This document shows, one piece after another, positions 9,901 to 20,118 of a DNA stretch of 38,258 bases (positions are counted from its first letter, which is position 1; every line of letters starts with the position of its first letter). The stretch is from Craspedostauros australis. Its lineage: Eukaryota. The DNA lies in NCBI GenBank assembly GCA_030167865.1, contig JALAGF010003462.1, positions 1 through 38,258 of the forward strand, read 5' to 3'. The translations under genes and the position numbers were made by a program. The notes below the pieces were generated by a model that did no database searches, was not told the origin of the DNA, and saw only the letters and a program-made list of their open reading frames with translations.

Positions 9901-12900
9901 CAAGGACTATCCAGTCGCCTGCAACCCATCGTGTCACGTCATCGTAGCCATCAAGATGGGCCTGGTGCGATGCACCGTGTACATAGTTGCGACATGCCAT
10001 TGCAACACATACATGCAGCACATAGATCATACGCTTGCACAAGCCTGCCCACCCGAAACACCCGCGCACTTACGGGAACAGTCGTCGCAGGCTGAGACCT
10101 GGGTGAGCATGCGTGTGTTGGGCTCGTTGCTAATCTTGCCGCGTGGAGTGGCGATCAGCGGACCGGGTCTGAATTCACGGTTGCCGACGAATGGTGTTGG
10201 GAATGGCGATGGGAATGGAGTTGGTGGTGATGCTCTTTGTCGTTTTTCGAAGAAGGTCTGGCACCGTTGGGATGGCCACGTCCCAGGGCTAGACCTTCCA
10301 TTTCGGTCGAACGGAAAGCCGATCGCGGGATAGCTTCCGAACTTTGGATCGTTTGGGAAAACCCCTGACTCGATGTAGACATTAGGTGGCGCGCTGCCTC
10401 TTCCCCAACAGAGAGCCACGGTTCCGTTGAGGAACAATCTTGCTTTGGCAGAAATGATGTGGCCTTCAGAGCCACGGGCAAGCTCCATGTCCTCCCACGA
10501 CACTTCCACGCCATCGGACATGAATCGAGACCAAATCTCGCCATTCTGCGCTCGTCTGAGCCAGTCGGACAGTGCCACGTAAATCGCGCCCTTCTCACCA
10601 CTGGTTGCTTCGACCTCAATTCGTCCATTGCTGAAGACTGTGATGCTGTCCACTGGATACTTTGTCAACCATGCGAAATTGCCAGGCAGTATCAGTTGTT
10701 CTGTGGGCATACGATGGGAGTAGTGGAACGGTTGATTGATTGGTAAGTGAGCGAGCGAGTGAATGAACATGTATCAATAGCGGAGCGAAACCAGAAAACC
10801 ACGATCGCAACATTCAAGAACCACACAAGCCAAGATCAAAACGAGACATTCGAAAATACGTGAGCCAAGCAACGGTCGAGAAATGTGCTTCGACTTACCC
10901 TGGCAAGAGTCGCAGTTCGACAATGTCCCCATGCGGACAGACTCAGGATACGTGCCCAGCGAGATGAATTGCGATGCATACATGTCTGATGTCACGAGAT
11001 CATCGTCAACCCAACCCGTTGGTGCATCCGTGTCAAACAAGCCGGTCGGTCTCAGCGAGGACGGTGATCGATCGCAGAGATGCGTCGAAGTAAACGTCCT
11101 GCATTGCCCAGAGGGCCACGTCCCGGCAAGAGTGGTGCCGTCCGACCGGAATGGATCCTTTCGAGGGAAGGTCTCGCCACATCCCGACGTCAGATCAGTC
11201 ACGGAGGTGCGGAAGGATGGGAAGTTGTCTGCGTTGACATTGTCGGCCCAACAGATGATGATGTCGCCAGTTTGGAACAGGTAGGCTTGCGCCGACACCA
11301 TCGGCAAAGCTTCGGGATGGTCCGCAAATCGCAACCCTTCCCACGAGATGATGTACATCGCCTCGGTTTGTGGATTTGCAGAGGGCAGCACAGTGCGGTC
11401 CAACACCCAGACGTCGCCGTCCGCCGTGGCGTCCAAGTTCGCTCCGACGACTTCAATGGTTCCACAGTCTCCAATGTTTGGGAGGCACTTGCGAACATCA
11501 AGTCTTCCGTCGACCAACACCAAAAATTCCTTGCTTGGGTACTGTCCCAACCATTTGAATTCCCCACCCAGCTTGAGCTCCTCGGTGCCTTCGTCTTGTG
11601 CCGAAAGGAATTCCAATCGAACTGCGCCGTTGGTGTTCGCAATGCTGGAATAGCTAGATCCGTTGGCATCGCCAGTATTGGAAAGCGTCATGAACTGGGT
11701 CGGCGACTGTGTCGGCGACTGTGTTGGTGCACTTGTCTTCTGTATGCTCATCTGATCAAAACGGTGGCACTGATTTGCGGGCCATGCCCCTGGTATGTTC
11801 TTTCCCGTGCTTTCGAAGGTCGTGCCATCTGCGGTTGCTGGGTAATATGTGAGGCCCATGGAACTGTACATGCCCGATGTGAATCTGACATCTGGGTCGA
11901 TGGATCCTTCACCCCAGCAGACATCGACGATGCCATCGCTGCAGATGGTGACCTGCGCATTCACTTTGGTTTGCGGACGGTCTTCGAAGGATATGTTCTC
12001 CCATGACACCACCACGCATTTCGTCGGTCGTTGCGATGCAACACCATTGTTGGACTCTTGATATGTGGACGACGATGTTGACGCAGATGTCGATGTTGAT
12101 ATCGACGTTGACGATGATGTCGATCCTGTTGACGTGGCGACATCACCGCCGCTTGCGCCTCTCTCGATTTCCAGCAGGAAGATGTTGCTGTCTGATCCTG
12201 AGATCTCGCTGTCAAGGCGACCCTGTACGACATGCACGTATCCCACGTTAGCACCCATGCTCACAAAGCCATCGGAGAAGATCCGAATGGTGTCGGTGGA
12301 ACGAACACTGGCGTCACCTTCCACCCCAGTCGCGAAAGAGAACGGCACGTCCAGATCGACGGACTGTGCGCAACTGCTGCATTCGCTGACATCGGAGAGC
12401 TTTTTAGAGCCAGGCTTGTCGTCGAGGGGCTCGAATTTCGTGCCGTATTCGATCGGCGCCTGTGTTGGAGTGAGAGTGAGGGCATCCGATGGCGGCGGTG
12501 TGCTTGATGGACTGTCGATGTCTCCTTTGTCGTTGCTGCCATCGTCGTTGCTGTTGCTGTCGCCATCAAGATTACCCGAGACGAGCAGCGCCACGATGAC
12601 TCCTTGCAGAATGAGAACGAGACAGAGCAGCACCCCGAACATGCGCACCAAGCGCCTGCGGCTCCACCGCGGTTCTGCCTCTGATCCAGCTGCATCATCG
12701 TCATCACCATTGGCGTCTTCCTGCAGCTGACCTTCTTCATCTTGCGACTGTGAGAACTCTCGCGTCGTTTGCTTCTGCGGTGACATGGGTGGCGGAAGAC
12801 TGGAAGCAGCGTCATCCGCGCTATCGGTATGCCGGATTTCTCGCACCTTGGGCCGCACATCGCCTTCATCGGGCGTTCCGATGGTCCTCTTGTGTCTAGC

Positions 12901-13110
12901 GTAGCCATCGGGCATAGCTTCGATGGCGTCGTCGTCGCTGGCGCGTCTCTTGACATCGCTGTCGTCGTCAATGTCGTCGCTGTCGTTGTTGCTGCCATCA
13001 AATTCGCGGCGGATGTCATCCATCGTCGGCGGAGGTGGGAAGATGCTGCCCAAATCAACACCCAGACTTCCCTCCGGGTCTTTGGCTTCTCCGTCATTGC
13101 GTGTTGTCAT
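6945..13110 (-). CDS. Large type II membrane / cell-surface protein (~1882 aa): acidic N-terminus, TM helix, 4 NIDO-like repeats, Pmp-like parallel beta-helix, C-terminal FG-GAP-like beta-propeller; 3 exons: 13110-10899, 10700-10074, 9754-6945
   Basis: Three same-strand ORFs join in frame through GT-AG introns 10898-10701 (CAGG|GTAAGT ... CCCACAG|AA) and 10073-9755 (TCCC|GTAAGT ... GCGCAG|AA); spliced length 5649 nt is divisible by 3. TM segment RRRLVRMFGVLLCLVLILQGVIVALLVSG; repeated V(V/I)SWE...LF..G.I.(I/L)CWG...G.WP...C..F blocks; GGG(L/I)/GGAI and FxxN repeats; (A/M)ISxDGxRIA(L/I) and FGxS(I/V) propeller blades; PT-rich linkers. Confidence 0.85.
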
Positions 13111-13813
13111 GGTGCTCGTCAATGCGTTGGTTGCCGCATCCACAGATGCAGTTGGTCGCAATCACAGCAGACTCTCTTCAGTGGATGATTGGTAAAGCGT
13201 ATTATGCGATCGCAGCAAAGATAAGAGCTATTATATGTGTGGCATGCCATGTCATGCCATCCAAAACGTGATCAATGCATCACCAGCACGGTCAGTGGCA
13301 TCAAGAAAGGCAGCGCCTTCCTCCATTGCGTGAGCATGGACTTGCGTGGCGCGCAATTCGAGATCAATCAAATCGCAACCATCACAACGCAACAACGTTG
13401 CGTGTGGACGCATTTTTTGGTTGCGATTTTTTGTTTGAAAGTTGTGTCGAGTCGAATGATTCGAACGCTCACATCGGATACACGACTAGAATTCATACAA
13501 GGCATGGCTCAATTCAACCGCGAAGAACATGATCGTTGTTCTCAGACGCATCAAGGCAACACACAGCCGCCAGCCAAAGAGGATGACTGTGGCCGATGCC
13601 TGTGTTGGCCAGATCATCTTCTTCCTTCCTTGCTTCTCTCATTCCGGCACATATATCTGTCGCCATTGTTGACGTCGAGACTGCCATCCAGCGATTGCAT
13701 CGTCGTCCTTGTCATCTCATCAGGAGCAGCGCAGAGGTGGTCACAATCGCAGTTGTTGCGACATCAGCGCAAGTATTGTACATTGATCAATCGAGAAGAA
13801 GCACGCAATCACG

Positions 13814-15591
13814 ATGAACGTGTACAGAGGACTCGGCGATCTGAGCCGCATGGTCGGGACCATCATCTTCTTCCTGATGGCTTGGAAGGGCAATACATCA
13901 GGTGAGAGCTGAGCTCTGCAATGAAACGCAATGTGCATTGTCTGGTGTTGGAATGCGGATGTGGCACAATGTTCGGCTCTTGTGGGGATCCTCACGTGGA
14001 CGCAACAGACAACATTCAACACGACTCTGCGATCAATGATCTCACATCTTGATCCTCTTGACATGCATGTACACATAATGCTCTTCTGCACATACGTTTA
14101 ATGCATGCATTTAATGCATACGAACAGCCATCTCAAGGAAGAGCCAGGAACTGTATCTGATGGTCTCAATCACCAGGTACTTGGATCTCTTCTACACTTT
14201 TTATTCGATGTACAATGCGCTGATGAAGATCCTGTACATTTCATTGGGCGCTGCGACCGTGGCGTGCCTGTACTTCAAAGAGCCAGGATGCTCGACGTAC
14301 AATGCCGCCCAAGATTCCGTTCAGCATTGGTTGCACATCGTCGTGCCATGTATTTTCATCGCCGTGGCGTACAAATCGCAGGATCCACGAGGATTCTATC
14401 CCCTGGAAGATACCACGGAATTGATGTGGACGTTCTCCGTCGTGTTGGAATCCGTCGCCATGCTGCCGCAGTTGCTCATGGTGAGACGAAGTTACCGAAA
14501 TGACCGCGAGCATCATGGTGGAGCGAGGGACGCCATCTACGTTCCGCTCTTCCTCTTCGGCATCTACCGATTCCTCTACGTGCTGAATTGGGCCTACCGG
14601 GCCATGACAGAGCCATTCTTTGCATTTTTGCATTCCTACATCAGATTGATCCTCACGGTGTCGGCCTTCATTCAGGTCCTCATGTACTCGGAGTTCTTTT
14701 ACATGTACGTGGTGCCAAGCAATTGGACGTTCGGGATCGCACAACGTGGTATTGTTGCTATTGTTGTGCTCTGATCTGTGCTGTGCTGTTGTACGAACAA
14801 TGCTCAATTTCATCTCGCTCCAATTTGCGCCAAGATGATTTTGAATGCAACCAACACAAACTCATTCATCCTCGTGCTCACTCTGTTGCGGTTATCCAAT
14901 AACACGACAATTTTGCTTGCGCATACGTGCATTCGTATGACATCATGAAACTATTCCATGCTACCTTGTGCACTCCAGAGTGTCACGCCCGCACTTGTGC
15001 CCAGCCAATGAGCCACCAGCGGGAACCGAATCGAGAGACGCGGGTCAAACTTCTGCGGAGGAGACTGACGCAGCTGTAGATGCGGAGGCAGGCGGCATGG
15101 CAGCCAGCGGAAAGCAGGGTGCGGTCGAAATGGTTGCGCGGCAGCAGGATCAACAACCTGCTACATCGATGGACAAAGCCGGAAACGAAGCTCCAATCTC
15201 GCGAGGTGGCGGATCTACGAGCACAGCGAACGCAAAGGCCCACAGAGCCACGACCGATGTGGAAGCAGGTCAGAAGAAGGTCCACAGCGGCGCACCGGTG
15301 AACACCGGTACCAGCATGGATAGCACCAGGACTGGAAAGGAGAGTCCACGACCGCCCATCGCCAGCAACAACAGTGGCAGCGCCGATGCGGAACAGCAGG
15401 ACGCAGCGCCGACAATGAACACTGTCGAAGCAACTGCGCCGCACACCACTGCCGGTGACGTGATTCAGCCTTTGATACGATCGCGAGGCACCGCGCCCCA
15501 AGATTCAGACGACGCCGAACGTGGCGACAACAATGGCACCGGCGGAGGAGGATCAGGATCGAGTGGATTCCTGTCCCTGTTTGGATTGTGA
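13814..15591 (+). CDS. ERD2: ER lumen protein-retaining (KDEL/HDEL) receptor homolog, copy 1, with long C-terminal tail; exons 13814-13901, 14128-14704, 14979-15591 (~425 aa)
   Basis: MNVYRGLGDLS start, ISRKSQELY..V..TRYLDLF, ELMWTFSVVLESVAMLPQL, GIYRFLYVLNWAYR, QVLMYSEFFY. Intron 1 is 13902-14127 (G|GTGAG ... AACAG|CC). Intron 2 is 14705-14978 (AT|GTACGT ... CTCCAG|A), in frame and conserved in position in copy 2. Without intron 2 the ORF would stop at 14774. Confidence 0.87.
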
Positions 15592-16116
15592 GCAACGGCT
15601 ACTGCTTGCTCTTCTATCGTTTTTCTCATGTGGGACTGCGAACAGTTGTGAAGTTCCTAACCAAGTCGTGTATTCTATTTTCATCCGCTACTACTGAGTC
15701 CGCAAATCCGCACCGGTCGCGTTTCGTGCGAATCCTCATTGAATCGATTGATTCGAAGGCCCACGTTGGGCAAACGACGAAAAATAAAGGGCCCAGATTG
15801 TACGATCCAATTCGAATCAAACATGAAGTCCGTTTTGTTCCGAAGCACGACACCAAAGTGCAAAGAAGACGCCACCAGTCCCTGCATTCGTAAAATCAAA
15901 ACAACCCGCTTGCCCCTCCACTCTTTGCGGCCCGTCTTTTGCGTTGTCATTGCTGATGTCGCAACTGCCATCAAGCTTGCATCATCGTCATTGCCATCTT
16001 ATCAGGAACAGTGCAAGTGCTCACGATCGCAATTGTTCCGGCGCCAGGGCAAGCGACATTGATCAATCCAAAAGAAGCAAAGCAAGGGAGCCATAACGAA
16101 ACCACACGCAACCACG

Positions 16117-17593
16117 ATGAACGTTTTCAAAGCACTCGCCGACTTGAGTCGCCTGGTCGGGACCGTCATCTTCTTCCTGATGGCATGGAAGGGCAATACA
16201 TCAGGTGAGAGCTGAGCTCTGCAATGCAACGCAATACCCGACGGACTACGTTGTACCTCTTGCGTACAATGGAATGTGGAGGAACACCGCACCACACCAG
16301 ACATCCCTGCTCCGCGCCTTGACAGAATCTTTGTGGTAGCGAAGCAGATGAGGATTTAACATGGCTCTGCACTCAATGATCTCACATCTCACTTCTCTTG
16401 ACGCGCACGTACGCACGAACGTACTCCTCGAATATTCCCTCTTGCACACGAGCAGCCATGTCAAGGAAGAGCCAGGAGCTGTACGTGCTGGTGGCAGTCA
16501 CCCGGTACTTGGATCTCTTCTCCAGCTTTTATTCGGTGTACATTTCATTCATGAAGATCGTGTACATCTCGTTGGGCGTTGCGACTGTGGCATGCCTGTA
16601 CTGCAAAGAGCCAGGATGCTCGGCGTACAATGCCGCCCAAGATTCGGTCCAGCATTGGTTGCACATCGCCCTGCCATGTTTCTTTCTGGCTTGGGCGTAC
16701 AAATCGCAAGATCCACGAGGATTCTATCTCCAATCAGACGTCACGGAATTGATGTGGACGTTCTCCGTCGTGTTGGAATCCGTCGCCATGCTGCCGCAGT
16801 TGCTCATGGTGAGACGAAGTTTCCAAAATGGACGAAAATATCATTGTGTAGTCAGGGATGCCATCTGCGTGCCGCTCTTCCTGTTCGGCATCTACCGATT
16901 CCTCTACTTGTTGAATTGGGGCTACCGAGCCATGACGGAGCCATCCTTTGCATTCATGCTTTCCCACACGAGGTTGGTCCTCACGGTGTCGGCCTTCGTT
17001 CAGGTCCTCATATACTCGGAGTTCTTTTACATGTAAGTTGTGCCATCCGATTGGTTGTCCGGGGTCAAGCGAAGTGCTGTCGTGGGGTGGCGTGGCGTGG
17101 CGTGGCGCGGCGTGTGGGCTTGTATGGGCTTGTATGGTGCCATACGTACCCTCTCGTACGTGTGTAGTGCTTGATTTCGTCTGGCTTCAATTTGCACGAA
17201 GATGATTTTGAACGCAACCAACACAAACTCAATCATCCTCGTTCTCACTCTGTCACCTCTATCGCTTGTGCCTGTGGGTTCCTCGTTCTCATCGACCAAC
17301 AACACCATCGTTCACCATCACAACCATTGTATTTGTGTGTGTACTCGTACCATGCAACTACTCCATGCCATCTTTTGCACACCAGAGTGTTGCGCCCGTA
17401 CTTGTGCCCGGCGCGGGCCGAATTGGCGAAGGCAGATCAAACTGGTGCTGAGGAGATTGGCGCAGGCGTGGATCCAGAGGTCGGTGGCGCGACAGTCAAC
17501 GGAACGCAGGATGTGGTCAAAACAATTGCGCAGCAGCAGCAACAACCAGCGACGTCGATGGAACCAACCGGCAACGAAGCTCCAAGATTGTAG
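16117..17593 (+). CDS. ERD2: ER lumen protein-retaining receptor homolog, copy 2, with truncated tail; exons 16117-16204, 16456-17032, 17386-17593 (~290 aa)
   Basis: Same motifs and identical exon 1 (88 nt) and exon 2 (577 nt) lengths as copy 1. Donors G|GTGAG (16205) and AT|GTAAGT (17033); acceptors AGCAG (16455) and ACCAG (17385). TAG at 17591-17593, with homology to the copy 1 tail continuing out of frame. Confidence 0.85.
17085..17112 (+). repeat. (GTGGC)n pentanucleotide microsatellite in intron 2 of ERD2 copy 2
   Basis: gggtggcgtggcgtggcgtggcgcggcg is seen directly and is absent from the copy 1 intron. Confidence 0.7.
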
Positions 17594-17960
17594 CTCGTCA
17601 GGCAGCGGGTACTTGGTGAACGCAATGGCCCATGGAGCCACGACTGATGTGGAAGCAGGTCAGGAGAAGTTCGACAGGGGTGTACGTATCGGTGAACGCT
17701 GGTACGGGCGACGGATAACACCAGGACTGGAAAGGACAATCCACGACGACGCAACGCCACCAACATCAGCGACAGCACGCCCAAGAACAACAGCAGGTCG
17801 CAGCACCAGTGATGGACACGAACGAAGCAACTTCGCCACACACGACTGCCGGTGATGTGGTTCAGCCTTTGATACGATCCATTTCGCCTGCGCCCCAAGA
17901 CGCACACGACGCGGAACGTGACGACAATGACATGCGGACGGAGGGAATCGGGTTCGAGCA
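17594..17960 (+). pseudogene. Decayed, frameshifted remnant of the ERD2 C-terminal tail coding sequence
   Basis: Peptides homologous to the copy 1 tail occur in different frames after the stop: NAMAHGATTDVEAGQEK (copy 1 NAKAHRATTDVEAGQKK) and EATSPHTTAGDVVQPLIRS...PQDAHDAERDDN (copy 1 EATAPHTTAGDVIQPLIRS...PQDSDDAERGDN). Confidence 0.7.
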
Positions 17961-20118
17961 AATTCCTCTTCATGCTCCGAGTGTGACAGTCGTCCCCAGG
18001 TCGAGTTGTGAAAATCCGCGAGCGCCTGTTCTCAGGTCGTCAAATACGAGTACCCATACGCTACGTACATACGCGAGCTAATACATATTATGCACGAACA
18101 ATTGCTCTACCCTCCAGATTATTCTCTGCTCCTCTATCCTCGTTTGCGAGGTCTGCGCAGAGATTCAAGTTGTGATCAAGTTGGTCATTGGACCACAACA
18201 GATTCGATCGATGGAGTCAACGATTCACACACAAAACACGACTGATTGTCGTAAATGCCAAAATGTGTTGCCTGTCTCCACATGACGCGGTGCACGAAGT
18301 CACGAATCAATGTCACGTGCGAACATGTGGTGAGCAATGGAGAACCTTGGACAACATCACAAGTACCCGCAGCGACAACGGCAAAACCAACGAGGAATGT
18401 GCAAGGAACAGAACGCAGCGAAACTGCGTGAAGACGAAGGAAGTGGAAGACTGGAGACAAGTTGCGTGATGTGCAACAATTATCGCCGTGGACAGTGTGG
18501 AAGTAATTGTAAGCATTCGCGTGGATGATGTGACCATCATGTCCATCATGCGGTACAGTGGTGAAGCGGCTGTGTTCTTCATCGGCCGGGATGTTGGTTG
18601 GCGAGGTCGATCTGTTAAGCGGTTGCTGTATCATCGTTTGCGGCTGGAATGTTGGTTTGCAATAGATGTTGGGATGGATGACTGCTGTAGGATTGTGGTG
18701 CCTTGTCTTGTGATGAATGTTGTTGCATTGTTGTGTTGTCTGTCATGTTTTGGTGTCGTGCATTGCGCATCTTGGGCTTTTGTGCGTTCCGATGTGTGTT
18801 CATCCGGTCATTGCGGAGAACAACCAAGACCGATTGGGGCTGTGTCACGCCTGTGATGTGCACGACACATGAAGATACAGTTTGCATAAGTATTGCATAA
18901 AATGTCCGATCCTTTCACGGTTTGTCACTGGGAGCGTTTAGGGGAACGTGGGTCGTTGTGGAAGATATTGCGATCCCAGCGGACCGGTACCCAGCCAACA
19001 TCCGCAACAACACCCGCAACAACGCTCGCACACCGGATTCCACATCACAAACCAGAACGAACCCTCCACGCAAAACCAGAACAACACATCAAAACCACCG
19101 AAAAAGGGAAGCCAGACACAACGGGGAACAACGACGGAGGTGGTTGCGAAAGTGGCAGCCAAACGCCAAAGCGAAAACCGCGGGAAATTCTGACCCACGC
19201 GACGCGCGCACATGGTCAAGCGAAGGAATGATGGAAGGTCATCGTTGTCCAGAGATGGATGGATAGATAGAGACCAAGAGAGAGAGAGAAGACCAACAGA
19301 GACAACATCAAAGACAGTGCAAGAGGCTATTGGGGGTGTCATTGATGGGAATGATTTAATCAGCATTCGAGGCATTGATTGCTCGCACACATGTATGCAT
19401 TGCATGTTGCTTGGGACATCAGCATCATTCCATTCGCTGGTTCGACTTACATCTATTGTCGCATCTATTGTCCCATCCATTGGTGCTGACACCGAACGCC
19501 AGACAACCGATCGATCGCAGCCCAAGGAGACCAAGCCAAGTGCACTCGAGACCAAGCCGAGACAGGTCTGACCACCGAGGTACAAGAGCGAAAACGGGGA
19601 AAGATCCAAGTAGTCTGCGGAAGAACCGAAAGCATCCAAAAGCGGAGCAACCGGCGAAAAGCGAGAGGGAAGTGAGAGGAAGAAGAAGTGACAGCTGCGA
19701 AAGGTGAAAGGCGAAAGGGACGCAGCATACTGAGCCACAACCGACGAGCAGTCAGCTTCCGCCCTCGCAACCGCCAGTCATCATCAACTTTGGCGTCATC
19801 AGTTGATCTATCGACCAGAACAGAAGCCAAGAAGGCATCGGCTCCGAGCAAGCAAAGCGCTCAAACTGAGCAAGGAAGTTCCCCGAGAACCGTGTCGTAC
19901 CACCTCACATCCCTCCCTTGACGTACTCCATACCAACGAGCCACAATACATATTGCTCGCAGCAAAAGAGCGCATCGCCGCGCGCCTACGTACTAATGCT
20001 CCAGAGGCGTATGGCACCGAAGGCACATCTCACTGCATTGAATTGAACTGAATAAATCACCAGACGCCCAGACACGGCAGGCCAGACATTTGTTCATCCC
20101 ATTCGTCTCATCGCCGCG

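Larger units (their letters stand above)
13450..17960 (+). repeat. Tandem duplication of a ~2.2-2.3 kb unit (approx. 13450-15600 and 15740-17960) containing the ERD2-like gene
   Basis: Alignable upstream regions (tgattcgaacgctcacat / tgattcgaaggcccacgt; actgccatc..ttgcatc.tcgtc.ttg.catct.atcagga), intron starts (ggtgagagctgagctctgcaatg in both), intron 2 internal sequence (aagatgattttgaa.gcaaccaacacaaactca) and exons. Boundaries are approximate. Confidence 0.9.

Noticed and set aside
14968-15591. Stand-alone 207-aa hypothetical gene
   Set aside because: It begins at GTG and is better explained as exon 3 of ERD2 copy 1, given the phase-compatible splice sites conserved in both copies.
18100-20100. 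Several overlapping ORFs of 100-266 aa
   Set aside because: No codon bias or recognisable motif, with simple-repeat content; treated as intergenic or UTR, though a small gene cannot be excluded.
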